From Octopus vulgaris (lineage: Eukaryota), in NCBI GenBank assembly GCA_951406725.2, contig OX597826.1:60036001-60098000 (forward strand): 62,000 nucleotides of DNA, written 5' to 3'. The notes beneath the pieces were generated by a model. The model had not been told where the DNA came from, searched no databases, and worked only from the letters and a program-made list of their open reading frames with translations. The position numbers and the translations under genes are program-made. Each line of letters starts with the position of its first letter. Positions within the stretch are counted from its first letter, which is position 1. Positions 38,768 to 52,644 of the stretch are shown piece after piece.

Positions 38768-39080
38768 GGGTAAATGCCCCTGTAGTTCATGAATGACCAT
38801 GTGATTCCACCCCACTGTAACACAAATCTGGGCTAGATTGTTTATGGAAGACCAGCAGCCGTCCATGTATACTTCCCTCTCATCTCCATGCCACCGATTT
38901 TATCCAAGGGAAAGGCAAAGGCCGATACAGCTTGGCACCAGGGACATCTCAATATATTTCTACAGCTGAGTGAACTGGAGCAACGAGAAATAAAGTGTCT
39001 TGCTCAAAAACACAACACGCAGTCCGATCCAGAAACTCACTATCTCATGATTGTGAATCCGACGCTCGAACCACTGAGCC
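38768..39080 (-). mobile_element. CORE-like SINE family D, tail type 2
   Basis: Same head and CORE-like segment as 1168-1482 (ttgagcaagacactttatttctcgttgctccagttcactcagc) but a different tail (ggtgccaagctgtatcggcctttgcctttcccttggata). Confidence 0.85.
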
Positions 39081-39705
39081 GTACACACACACACTCACAC
39101 ACACACACACACACGGACACACATACTCACATACACCCGTACATATTTATAATATTCATATATATGTGAGTGTACGTATATGTCTATGTGTATGTGTCTT
39201 AATGTGAGTGTGATTCTGTGCGTACGAGAAAGAACATTGAATCTGAAATACGTCGTGTCTGCTTTTGTGGCCTTCACAAGTCAAGCTGACAATACTCTGC
39301 ACGAGGAAATTACATAAAACATGAAAGATCAGACATATAATACCAAAAGAAACACTTCTCTCAATCAATTCTATTTACCAATACAGAATGTAACGATACA
39401 GACCAGGAGCATTGCCATTTCCTTTATAAAGTGTCTTCGATCACTTCAAAATTGCACATTTTAACGGAATTCGATCTTTGTCGATATTTACCTGTTTTTT
39501 CATTGTATTTTGAAATATTTTTCGCTAGATGTATGAGTTTTTTGTTTTACCTTTATAATATGAATGTAATAAGGAATTGTCAAAAAATATTGCCAAAAGT
39601 ATTTCTTGTATAATTTCTTAGCTTTAACTAAAGAAAAGGTCGAGCTAAAAGTTAAAATAAAGACGTGTTTTGCAATCCCGTAATAAAATAACACTCTGTG
39701 CTCGC

Positions 39706-39893
39706 GCGCGTGACACCGATGCTGGGTGTGTTTACGCCCCCGCAAATTAGCGGTTCGGCAAAAGAGACCGATTTAATAAGTACTAGGCTTACAAAGAATA
39801 AGTCATGGGTTCGATTTGCTCGACTAAAAGCGGTGCTCCAGCATGGCCGCAGTCAAATGACTGAAACAAATAAACGAGTAAAAGAGAAAAGAG
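39706..39893 (+). mobile_element. SINE family B, 3' part
   Basis: accgatgctgggtgtgtttacgcccccgcaaattagcggttcggcaaaagagaccgat...gtcaaatgactgaaacaaataaacgag. Confidence 0.85.
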
Positions 39894-40464
39894 AACATTG
39901 TTAGAGGTTTTATACGAAATGCGGGGTCAAACTATTGGAGGGAATGTAAATTTTTCACAATATATGATAATGTTGAGTAATGTTGTTCTTAGACGTGTTG
40001 TGTTTATTGTGACTTCCACAAGCATAGCCTTTGTTAATTTCGACAGAAAATTTCATTAGCGATGCTGTCAATTCTAAAATATCACAGACACCAAACAGCT
40101 TTAATTATGTTACTTAAAAAAATCCAGAAAGAAATTCAGATGCTATATGAATGTTCATGAACAAAACAATGAAATTTCAAGTACTTTGCCAACAAGCCTC
40201 CATACAATGCAAACTGGATACAGGATTAAAGGATATTGTAATACCTGATTAAATAAAAATTATTGCATCACCTAGGAAAACAGAGTTTTATGATGCATAT
40301 ATACACATTCACTCTCACATATTATACAGATATGCGTGTGTGATTTGTGTACATGGGTGGCTCTGTATCATTATATATGCATGCATGTATTTATGGATGG
40401 ATGGATGATTGTGTGTATGCGTTTATGCATGCATATATGTACGTATGTATATATGCATGTATGC

Positions 40465-40560
<96 letters not shown>

Positions 40561-40816
40561 CTTACAAAAACACACAAACACACACACGCAGACACATACA
40601 CGTGCACACACACCTCCTGATGTGTTTTTATAGTTCTATCAGTATGTATGGGCAAGAAAGACGGGTTACGAAATGATGGTTGCATTCTATAACGAAAATT
40701 ACAAAAAAAAAAGTATTATGTTGATAAGGCTTTAGCTAGTGACATAATCCTACTGAAATATTTTCGTATTCTCCTGTAATATCTGCGATGAAAATATATG
40801 TGCGTATGTACGTATG

Positions 40817-40859
<43 letters not shown>

Positions 40860-40874
40860 GCATATATATATACA

Positions 40875-40920
<46 letters not shown>

Positions 40921-42082
40921 TATATACATATATACATATATAATGTTAAATACATACATATATATATATGTATATATATATATATATGTTACATACATAC
41001 ATATATATATATATATGTAATGTGTATATATATATACATATATAAATACATATAATGTATATATATATATATACACATATACATATATATACATATGTAT
41101 ATGCATATATGTGTGTGTGTGTGTGTGTGTATATATACATGTATTTATACATTCATGCATACGTAAATACATACATATAGAGGCAAAAAATATTTAATAT
41201 TGTTAACACGAAATATAAAATTCTCTTTTGCGATTTTGTGATTATTTTAAAATTTATATTTTTTGTGAATATTTATCAAAACGTTATTTTGTAAAGTATT
41301 GCCATATAAATTCTCCTCCTTGTATATTAACATTCTTAAAGGTAAAAAAAAATTGAGAACTTAACAAAAATATTAATATTAATCACGAAAGTATTTGAAA
41401 TATTGAAATTTAATAGTTGTTACTAAGAAAAATTATTTTTCTACTCAAAATTCAAACGTTGTCTACAGAATAAAGAGAAAAAAATATTATAAAACCAAAA
41501 GGAACACTTAAATTTTTTTTCTTTTTAACAGGAACAAAAATCGATAAAACCTATTTTAGCGAGTTTAAAACAAAGAAAATATACTAAAATCATTTGGAAT
41601 TCTGACCTAAGACTTGTTATTATAATTTGAAAGAAATTCCTTTTGTGATCTGCTGACACTTATTCTTAACTAAAGGTTTGCGAATGTAAATTTGATTTAT
41701 TCAAAATCTTGGACTTGGTGGAAAGGATGAATAAACATCTGCTCACTGACGCATGTCTAACCTCTTCAGTTTGTACTTATTTTAGTTTTTGCATGCGTGA
41801 AATTGTCAGTACTGTTTGGTTTAATTAACCAAGCGTGACAAATATGAGGAACATGCCAGGGTAATTATGGTGTTGATGCTGTTGAAGAAATGTTATATTA
41901 TACACCTACGAGGATCCGGCAATTTCTCTACGCCGAATTTTAAGTTGACATCCATCAATTTGAAGGTTATACTTAGGTATATCTGGTGGTTTGGAAGCTC
42001 GCTTTGCAACCATGTTTTTGTGATGATTTTTACTGAGCGACTTTTGGGCAAACTTATTTTTATATGCGCGTGTAAATATATG

Positions 42083-42149
<67 letters not shown>

Positions 42150-42157
42150 ATGTATGC

Positions 42158-42466
42158 GGATGCGCAATGGCCCAGTGGTTAGGGAAGCGGAATCGCGGTC
42201 GTAGGATCGTGGTTTCGATTCCCAGACCGGGCGTTGGGTGTGTTTATTGAACGAAAACACCTAAAGCTCCACGAGGCTCCGGCAGGGGGTGGTGGCGATC
42301 CCTGCCGTACTCTTCCGCCACAACTTTCTTTCACTCTTTCTTCTGTTGGCCTACTCGCTTAGCCAGTGGGGTGGCGTAATTTGAAGGCTAAAACAATGCG
42401 AAGCGCATTGTGACAAGCGATGTGTAACAACATCTGATAGTCTGGTCGGTCACGTGATCACGTGAT
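42158..42466 (+). mobile_element. tRNA-derived SINE family C, copy 1
   Basis: A box tggcccagtggttagg, B box ggtttcgattccc, tail ending in tcacgtgatcacgtgat. Confidence 0.92.
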
Positions 42467-42526
<60 letters not shown>

Positions 42527-42536
42527 ATGTGTGTGT

Positions 42537-42845
42537 GGAGGCGCAATGGCCCAGTGGTTAGGGAAGCGGAATCGTGGTCGTAGGGCCGCGGATTCGATTC
42601 CCAGACCGGGCGTTGTGAGTGTTTATTGAGCGAAAACACATAAAGCTACACGAGGCTCCGGCAAGGATTGGTGGCGATCCCTGCTGCACTCTTTCGCCGC
42701 AACTTTCTCTCACTCTTTCTTCTGTTGGCCTGCTCGCTTAGCCAGCGGGGTGACGTCATTTGAAAACTAAAACAATGCGAAGCGCATTGTGACCAGCGAT
42801 GTGTAGCAACATCTGATAGCCTGGTCGGTCACGTGATCACGTGAT
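42537..42845 (+). mobile_element. tRNA-derived SINE family C, copy 2 (tandem)
   Basis: Near-identical to 42158-42466, separated from it by a (TA)n(TG)n tract. Confidence 0.92.
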
Positions 42846-42870
42846 ATGTATGTATGTATGTATCTCTCTC

Positions 42871-42927
<57 letters not shown>

Positions 42928-42929
42928 CC

Positions 42930-43610
42930 CTCTGGCAACGTATTTGATCCTTGACCATGTTGGTTGCAAACACTTGTCAATAGTTTCTTGGTCAATCATT
43001 TTGTGTTGGAGTGACAGAGTTTTAAATATTATCGTTTGTTGCGCTATGCGTTGTTGTATATCGTGAGCGGTGGGGAGGTTAAATTAACATTTGTGTCATC
43101 TCTCTGTAATAAATTCCTCACTTTTTTTATCTCTTCAACATTAAAGTAGAGTGATTCTTGTTGCACTCTCACTGCTGATTCGAAACCGCGATTGCTTAGT
43201 TTAAATCCATCTTTCTTGAGGTCCTTAATTTTGTTGTTCGTGGTGTCCTTGAAAGTATCTATTGTATTTCTTTTGGGAAGTAGATCATTCCTCTCTCTTG
43301 CTCGCAACAAGGGAGAGAAAGAGACAATTCGGTGTACACGTCGTCTTAGTGGGCTTAACCCGCACCTAGGGTGGAAGCCACGATTGAAAAATTAATTACG
43401 TAGCAAAAATACAAATAAACGTGGGCAAAATTAGCCCATAATAGGGGGAATTTTGGTTCAGCTACAAAGACGCACAAGATTCAACAATAATAATTATAAA
43501 CACACTTTGGTAACATGAATTTACAAAACGTACTAGCGTAAAAAGCGCACGTCAGTTCGGCAAGTAATTATCCAGCCCTTCATACGTCGCCTAACGACAG
43601 GAAAGTCCAT
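42930..43610 (-). mobile_element. Possible 5' end (UTR and start of ORF1) of an unclassified retroelement
   Basis: Non-repetitive minus-strand ORF (LRARERNDLLPKRNTIDTFKDTT...EEIKKVRNLLQRDD) then IDQETIDKCLQPTWSRIKYVARG in another frame; cut by (TA)n. The family assignment is an impression only. Confidence 0.4.
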
Positions 43611-43630
43611 GATATATGTGTGTGTGTGTG

Positions 43631-43666
<36 letters not shown>

Positions 43667-45949
43667 GGCTGCCTCCTCAAGAAACTTAAACTTTTCAAAG
43701 CCAATGTTAAAGTTTTTAGCCATGCTCAAGTATCCAAGTATGAATGCAAGTTCGGAGTGGTGTGGGGTTATGTCTAGTTCTTTCAGACAGTGAATGAATT
43801 AATATTTAAACATAAAGAATATGCTTATATTATTACATTTCCTCTGATCCACGCTGTGTTGTGTATTATATATACAACCACACGTACTTTCACACACACA
43901 CTCACACATGTATGCATTTGTGTATGTATACATGTATGCGTTTGTATATACGTATGTATTTATGTATACGCACACAGGCCCATGCTTATGTTCGCATTTA
44001 CGTACTCCATATGTACCTATTAATTCAAATTATCTTTGATTCTTTCATTTCGACTGTCTCCTTTTGTTCCATTCCACTTTCTCTTTTATTATTCTCTAAC
44101 ATCTTCCTCTGTTCATTTTCTCTCTTGTTTCCCTGTTGTCGTGTTCTTTTCTAAACTTCCATCACAATGTTTCCGTTTTGTTTTTATCTGCTTTTTATCT
44201 TTTTCTTTCTTTCGTCTTATTTTTTCGTGTCTTAGTTACTTTTTTATTCTCTTCGTTTGATTTATTCATTTATAGATTATTTATTAATATATTCATTTTC
44301 AAAATAGCGGCAAATAACTTATTTACATATTTTGTTCTGCCATTCTTTGTGACGATGTATTTATTTTGAACAAACTTCTTTTTAATTCTTTTATCCTATA
44401 TTGTTAAGTTTTTTCTGTTATAAAGATCTACAGAAAAACAATGCGAGATTTTAAATTCATCAAACATATGATATTCAATAAATAAATAAATACAACATAA
44501 TCAAAATGAAATAAATTAGCCTCTTATAAACACAAAAATAATTTAATTAAAATAATTTTAAAAGGTGACTGTATTTTTCTCTTTTGTTGCATTTAATGAT
44601 CAATGTAAAAAAATATAGATCTCAATGTTTTTTGTTATTCTTTGCGGTGCTAGTATTGTTGCTTGTCCTATTGTAGTTGCTATTGTGGATGTTCGTGTTG
44701 TTTTTGTATTTGCTACCATATTATTTGATCGTATTAATTATATAATCGTTCAGTAATTGGCGATACTGGTAATTGAAATCAATTATAAGGATAAGATTTA
44801 AAAACACAAAAATATAAATTAGTTACCCATATAAATTTGCATTTCCTTTTTTCTATTATATTTCGAAAGTATTTATTGCTTGTAGGTATTGTTGTAGATG
44901 TTATTCATCTCTTAGTCTAATCTCACATAAGAGGCATACGACACGTCGTTTGTTAAGAAATTATTCGCTTCGTCATATGTTTGCAAAATGATACTGATTA
45001 TGTCATTCTGGCGATTGTGAATAAGTATAAAACGGCGCGATACATGACCACTTATAGCCAGAAATTTTAAGAGCATTTTAATTAGCAAGAAATATTAATA
45101 AATATGTATATTCTATGCATCTTCTTCCTTACTCTTCGATTTTAAATTTAAACTTCCATTACCATCATGATTGATCTAGAAAGGTTTGTCTTCCTTACAA
45201 TAACTGACAGCCAGGGTACTCCACGTATATAGTGATTAGTCATAGTTCTATTGTTCCAGATATATGAAAAGGATCATATTTCATGTATCCAAGAAGCGGA
45301 GGGAAATCGTTCGTTATCCTGCCAAACACCACATCAAATGATAACTGTCTAACTCCCAGTTGTCTCTAATTTCATTGTTGATGCTTATTATGCTTCGTTC
45401 TGTGGCTGTACTTCTCTAATTTTACTCCGCATCGGATAAGCGGCGGTGACGACCACGCGTCCCTATTTCGAGTAATTTGTTTTTCTGTTTGGAAATCTTT
45501 TATCAGTGACATTCCAGTCGATCTTTGTTTGCAACATAACATATCGGAGGTTACTTTGTCTACATTCTTCATTTATATGAAGAATGTGGCGGCGTACGGT
45601 GTGATAAGGAGAGATTTTTGCTGAACTCTCGAGTCGATCGAACTTCTCATATTTCTTATAAACGACGTATGTGTATGAACTAATAGACAGTAAATAGAAA
45701 ATGTAAGGCCTAATATGAGAAACAGCTGATATTGTCTCTAAAAGTGTGATACAGTAAATGCAAAACAGAGCATGCGTGAAAGGGTTTTGTATAATCACCT
45801 GAACTACATAAAAAACAAACAAAAAAAAAACACAGAAGATCCTTCTCAAATCAAAATCTGTTGATGTTTAAAAATAATCACTTACATATAAGATAACTTT
45901 GGTACATTCCCTTAAACAGATAAGATGGTCATAACATTTTTTTTTATTT

Positions 45950-46615
45950 GGTTGTCCGCCTTCTCGACCACATCAGAAATATGTGAGGTTGTTTGGCAGA
46001 GTGTTGAATAGAGGTGGGTCACTGAAGCCTAAGCTGTTACATAACTAACTCCTTATTCGTGATGGAGAAAATAGGATCCATCTCATCTCCTACAATCAGT
46101 GCCGTCCGGTTCGGCAGTTGGTATAGCTTTCAGTTCCAAAATTGAGAGCTAGACCTTCCAGTATTTTTTGTATGTATATTACTGCGCATCTTTCACGCCT
46201 TCTCTCTAGGGAGTTGAGCCTCAGTTCATTTAAGTCACCTATTTGTCTGTGTGAATCTTATTCGTATTTATTTCTTTATTGCCCACAGTGGGCTAAACAT
46301 AGAGGAGACAAACAAGGACAGACAAAGGGATTAAGTCGATTACATCGACCCAGTGCGTGACTGGTGCTTATTTAATCGACCCCGAAAAAAATGAAAGGCA
46401 AAGTCGACCTCGGCAGAATTTGAGCTCAGAACGTAACGGCAGACGAAATACTGCTAAGCATTTCGCCCGGCGTGCTAACGATTCTGCCAGCTTACCGCCC
46501 TTCTGTGAATCTTATTTGTATTGTGCAGCTGGACTGCCTCAACGTGAGCCAATCCATATCACAAAGCACTATAAGAAAGGTGTTAAAAATATCCTACTCT
46601 CTATAAACAAGCCAC
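45950..46615 (-). pseudogene. CR1-clade LINE RT C-terminal remnant, interrupted by a SINE
   Basis: VEAVQLHNTNKI... then ELRLNSLERRRERCAVIYIQKILEGLALNFGTESYTNCRTGRH...LCNSLGFSDPPLFNTLP; the SLERRR...KIL.GL...GP.LFN.LP pattern is typical of CR1. Confidence 0.85.
46269..46503 (-). mobile_element. Young full-length SINE family A with 19-bp TSD
   Basis: tgtgaatcttatt(c/t)gtatt at 46250-46268 and 46504-46522. Confidence 0.92.
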
Positions 46616-46673
46616 TCTCTCACTCTCTTTCTTCATCTCTCTCGCTTTCTCTCTCTCTCGCTTTCTCTCTCTC

Positions 46674-46728
<55 letters not shown>

Positions 46729-48067
46729 TCCTCTCACCTTAAGTTAATGCACGCCTAGAAAAATTTGAATAAATCGCAGTCATATTTAAATTTACATTTC
46801 AATATATTATTCCAGTCAAATTGTTAATAAATGTGGAATTTGATAAAGTGTTGAATACATTAAATATTATATACATGCAAAAGTTTCTTTAAGAATTACT
46901 AAGGCATATATTGTATTAATGCTGCATTAATACACAGTAGCCTTTCCAGTTATAATATTCACTTCTATTATATAAAATGCTTCACAAATATATTAAAGTT
47001 CTTCGACTACGTACATAGAAAAATATATATACATATACATACATATAATCATTTATGTACATATGTGGACGAAGATATATGAGTGTGTGTGTGTGTGTAT
47101 GTATTTGTGTCCATGTATATGAAAATCCCTAAATCTTTATACAGATTGGGCTATAATGATGGGAGAATTATGTAATACATATATTTGGTACTCTAAGATA
47201 CTAGCATTTAAAAAGTGTTCCATCATTATGGCTCACCCTGGATATATCTATATAAATTAGTTCATCTACACAGTATATGGTTACGAACGACTAATAATTT
47301 CATACGTTGGAGATGTTGTCTAGGCAGGTTTTTACAAAACGCCTTGTGTCTCCATGCAATATGGACGATACAAGTAACACATCAGGATAACAGAACAAGA
47401 GAAACCATGCGGAAAAACGAGATGAAGGTGGATGAAAAAAGTGGAAGGGTGAAAAAGACGGAAAGAAAAGAAAAAATACATTTACTGGTGGAGAAACAAT
47501 GTAAGGTGTCTTACTTAGATCTGCGATGCAGCTACTCATTCGGTGCGCGGGTGGAGATTGTTCTCCAATTTGTCAAAAGAAATTTGTCCATCTGTTTGCA
47601 TTTGCTGGAAAATATCTGATTTGGAATTCATGAGTACGGTGGAATTCTTCTATCTAAAATCGATATGTAATCTTTCAACTACGCGTAACTTACGTGTTTT
47701 AACATAGCATGAAATTTTTTCTACAATTATCCGCTTGAGTGTATGTGGCGTGGAGTTGGTCTTTAAACCCCATACTTGGTTAGCCAACTTAGTGACCTTA
47801 CTTTTATCCATGTTCCAATCTTTTTCTTTATCCATAACGCAATGTATTTCTTCTTTTCGGCTAGGTTACCATGTCGCGTTACTGCGATTTCTGTGTCTTC
47901 TACTTGGAGAAGTCAGGCGTATCATTAAAACCATAAATACTTTGAAACGATCGTATAGATACATGAATAAAAGTAATTATAGCCCATATTAACATCTCAT
48001 CTCCTCCATTTACGAAAAAATGATTGAATTTGTTGAACTTTATTTTTATAAGTTAAATCTTACACTT

Positions 48068-48161
<94 letters not shown>

Positions 48162-48162
48162 T

Positions 48163-48240
<78 letters not shown>

Positions 48241-48721
48241 TGAGAGATATGGTTCCGTAATCTTAACTCTTTCTACAGCATCTTCAACCATTAAATGAAA
48301 CACTCTCTCCAATTTCATATGTGTATCGTCACATTTAAATATTTCACATACAATCGATTACACAATGACCTGCAAGTTTTTGAGAAATAACATAGTAAAT
48401 ACATACAAAACACCAATATGTATAACAGATAGGAAATAACATTCATCTAAATAAAAAAAAAGTCCGTGCACATACCTTACATCGCCTTTAAATTTTATGA
48501 AACATTCTTCTTTTTCAACAATAAGGGAAAGTTAATGAACCAACTATGAGTTGTTAATAGGGATCTTGACGTGTTATTTACTTTTTTTTGTATCAAAACA
48601 CAAGCAAGTTTGCTGACATAAATTCGACATAATGAACATCTGTCTCAAAATCCCTTCATGAAAGCCCTGGAATTTGGGAAACAAATTCCCCGTTAATATT
48701 TCTCTTGATACCAGGATATAA

Positions 48722-48936
48722 ATCCTATCTATTATCGACACAAGTCCTGAAGTTTTGTGGGGAGAGGGCATTTGATCATATCAATTTAATTGCTTCAACT
48801 GGTATTAATTTTATCGACCAAGGAAATTTGAAAGGTAAAGTTGACCTTGGCGGCATTTGAAATCAAAACGTACTGACGGATGAAATGGCACGAAACATTT
48901 TGCCCGGTCAGCAAACGATTCTGCCAGATCCCCGCC
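48722..48936 (-). mobile_element. Diverged SINE family A
   Basis: ctattatcgacacaagtcctgaagttttgtgggg...aaggtaaagttgaccttggcggcatttgaaatc...gattctgccagatccccgcc. Confidence 0.8.
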
Positions 48937-49284
48937 GTTGTTACTAAGATAATGATTCACGCTATTCGATAACTCTAATACTCTGGAAATTCTTACAGGA
49001 TACAAAAGAAAGGGGACTCATCGTTTTTAATTTCTATATTGGTGCCATAAGATAACTGGGTCAATGAACACGTGGCATTTTAAGTTCTAGACACCCTTCA
49101 GAATGTGAACGATGATTATACCAATAACATTGTATGTAGAGGATCTCATTGCAATCTCATAAACCAGAAAAAACAAGATACTTGAATGATTTCGAAACGA
49201 CAAGAATAAAATATCCCAGGAAATCTCTTGAAATATCAAACGTAGCAGCGACATAATCTGAGACCCACTTCGGTCACAACACAG

Positions 49285-49500
49285 ACCATGGGATTGCACC
49301 TAGAAAGTTACCCTCCGAGGCACAAGTCCGAGCAAGGTTGTTTATGGAAGACCAGCAGTCGCCCATGCATACCGACCTCCCCTTTCCACGCCAGTAGTGT
49401 TATCCAAGGGAAAGGCAAAGGCCGATACAGCTTGGCACCTGTGACGTCGCAACTCAGGATCGTAAGCTCGACGCTCTAACCACTGAGCCATGCGCCTTCA
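49285..49500 (-). mobile_element. SINE family D (tail type 2) with an internal deletion; a second tail fragment lies at about 49595-49690
   Basis: Head tgaaggcgcatggctcagtggttagagcgtcgagcttacgatcc is joined directly to tgagttgcgacgtcacaggtgccaagctgtatcgg; the B box and CORE segment are missing. Confidence 0.8.
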
Positions 49501-50290
49501 CCAGCGACATAATAGCAGGTAACAGTTTAGACAGATTTATACATAGGTAGTCCGTCACTCAAGGTTGATTTATTACATCTTTACATTCATGTATAGTCCT
49601 GGGCAAGATACTTTGAGGAATACTGATAGCTACCCATGCATGCAAGTTTAACCTTTCCATGCCACCGATGCATATCCAAAGCGAAAAATTTTGGTAGGTT
49701 CAGCGTGGAACGAGTAACGCTGGAGGCAATGCTGTGAAAAAGCAAAAAGTATGAGTCGATTATAACATTTCCAACAATCCACAGTCTTAGACTGGCATTG
49801 CTTTTAGTAGCACCGAAAGAATAAAAGGTAAATTTAATGAAAAGTAGCTTTGAAATGAGAGCCAGGAGAATCGAAACAAACTTCGTCAATGTTTATTATC
49901 GAACGCTCTAGATTTACAGACACACAAATACAAAATGACAAGCGAAGAAACTATACTCAAACACAATAATTGTGATCATAAATAGGAATATTTGAGGGGT
50001 AATATGCAGAGGAGCTTCCAATCTACAGCGGAGCAAAGCAACAACTGCAGCAACAACAACAAAAACAATAATGGAAGCGTCAAGATGCGGAAAGAAGAAC
50101 AGAAAATGGTAACGTGCTATCATATTCAAAGTAACAGATTATTATGGATGCCAATATTCTTATGTATCAGTGTAAATGTAATCTTAAAATATTATCGCTA
50201 TACAAACCAGCATACATTCTTCTATTGTAACAAAAGAAATGTTCTTCCAAAATTGATGAATATTATATCTTCTCGTTTCTCTTGTCTTAG

Positions 50291-50384
50291 AAAATACCAG
50301 ATTCGCCGAATTTATGCAGGGAACAATCTTCATAGAGTCAGTAAATATAAAACATTTATATCAGCTGTCACAAAATGTTCAATG
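50291..50384 (+). other. Candidate exon
   Basis: Very pyrimidine-rich acceptor (tcttctcgtttctcttgtcttag), donor gtaaac; one frame reads NTRFAEFMQGTIFIESVNIKHLYQLSQNVQ. No convincing partner exon found. Confidence 0.25.
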
Positions 50385-50848
50385 GTAAACAGCCACATTA
50401 GGTGATAAACAATTTATCATGTGTCGACTAACGACCGGAAGTAAAAGGTAACTGTCGGAATGAGCTAACTAAAAGAATAATGAAGATTTATTAAACATAC
50501 AAACAGAAACCATAGGATACCAGATTACATGTCTTATAGTAACCCACGTTTTGCTTTTATGTTCAATGATCGAATTCCGCTAGTATTCTCTTTGGCATTT
50601 CAGAATTTGTGGATTTGATACAATAAAATGTGATCTTGGTATTTCTTGCCCGACTTAGCTCTGAACTAGCAAAGTTTTGCGTAGTAACTTCCCATTCGTG
50701 TTCATTCAAATAAGTTTTCCAATCAAACTATACCCAGGATTATTATAAGTTAAGTGCCCTCCATTTTTTCAGACCTTTAGTTATGGTAATTTGACAACGA
50801 TTCTTCTCATAGGCGGTAGTTCCAGTAATATAAGGGTCATTGGTTGTA

Positions 50849-50943
50849 CAATTGGGATAGAAAAATTGACCTAGCCCCCTTTGAAAAAGAGTGGTGTTAT
50901 AATCCAATTGGGATAGAAAAATTGACCTAGCCCCCTTTGAAAA
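50849..50943. repeat. 39-bp perfect direct repeat with a 17-bp spacer
   Basis: caattgggatagaaaaattgacctagccccctttgaaaa at 50849-50887 and 50905-50943. Confidence 0.95.
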
Positions 50944-52225
50944 CCATGTATAATTTGTTTAATGGACAAATTCATTACTGTCCTCGAACTTGCAGAGTTG
51001 CCTCTGTGTGGCGAATGCCTTTTATCATTTTAATAGTGATTTACAACATAACTTCAGAGCGGGGCATTTTGATTGATGGTACAGGTGAATATGACGCCTC
51101 CAATTATCATTTGATATTTATTTTATTGACCCTGAAATGACGACAAGTAAAATTCCACCTCGGTTGAATTGGATATCTAAACCTTAACAAATTTTAACTA
51201 AGAAGTGAGCGGTTTAACGAGTGAGCTTAAATGTAGAGACTTGGCTCGCAAGAAATAGCAGCTAAATGTTCCTAAATGCACACCATAGAATATTAACGAA
51301 ATACGCATTAGCTGATATAATTCTAGTTGGTCAATATCTGAACATAGCATGGGAACACAACTCTAGTTGTTACAATACCAAAAATCAAACAAACCAGTGT
51401 GAAGTGAATAAACCACCAGTGTGAAGAAACCACTTGATCTTGCGCAGAAGAAATTCGACTGTATATTCTGATTCCTGAGATATATGGGTCTAGTGCAAAA
51501 CATTCTTCATCATTATCGATCGTGGCAACCAGGTAGATATGATCGCTAGAAGATTATTATTATTATGTCATTTTGATTCTTTGTGGGCCAAAAAGAAAGA
51601 CAACTAATAAATATCTACTATATTAAATTCACCTTAGTACTCAATAGCTCTTTGATTCTGAGAACGGAGAAAAGCAAATATTTGAAACCAGTATATAAAG
51701 ACTAACTAAGCACCCCAGGGATCTCTTCGTTTACCTCACAATCGCCATTCCAAACCAATATTATTTTTCATTACAATTATAATTCTTCTTCTTCCTCTCT
51801 CTCTCCCTCTCTTTCTCTTTCTTTCTCTCCCGTTTTGTCTTTCACTCCCACTCGCACACACTTATACGCTAAATCTTAGACATACATATCACACCTGCCC
51901 TCATAGACATTTTATTCCAACATATATATATATATATGATAACGTGAATCTATTTCCTTACATATTCAAAAGTACCACATCTATATATTTGATTTATATG
52001 TTTGACTGTAAATTTACTTGAAGTTATCACAATATTCCACCAATGCTCTGTATTCGATATATCCTGCTGTTCATATTTTACTGATTTATTATCACTTTAA
52101 GCATTATCCAAACAACATTTACTCTAGAAACTACTTCACCATATTTATCATTGAATTGCCTACTTCCCGTTCACCCTGTGTCTGATTGTCTGTCTGTCTG
52201 TCTCACTCTCTCTCACTCTACTCCG

Positions 52226-52261
<36 letters not shown>

Positions 52262-52558
52262 ATATCACACATTCATGCACACGCACACGGTATTGGCGAC
52301 AGAAACTGCATTAGTTCAAAATAGTAGTCTGTAAACCTTCCTTAATGTTGATATACTGCGGAAAGCCACGAGACTATGGTATTCCCAGGTAAGTTCTTTA
52401 TGTTACTGATATGCTTGCCTGAGTTTTAGTAATATACGAGATAAACTATCGAGACGTCTATAGTTATCCTGTGACTTTATGAAATATATTCAGATACAGT
52501 AATATATACAGAAGGATATATATGCCTGGAGTGAATGGGAAAGAGAAGGAGAGGATGG

Positions 52559-52598
<40 letters not shown>

Positions 52599-52603
52599 CT
52601 AGC

Positions 52604-52641
<38 letters not shown>

Positions 52642-52644
52642 CAA

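Noticed and set aside
42158-42610. tRNA genes at SINE heads
   Set aside because: A and B boxes are present, but there is no complete cloverleaf and the heads run into SINE bodies.
43320-43390. HDV-like ribozyme in the putative retroelement 5' UTR
   Set aside because: I could not form the P3/L3/P1.1 nested pseudoknot by eye.
50849-50943. CRISPR-like repeat-spacer-repeat
   Set aside because: Only two repeats, a 17-bp spacer, eukaryotic context and no cas genes.
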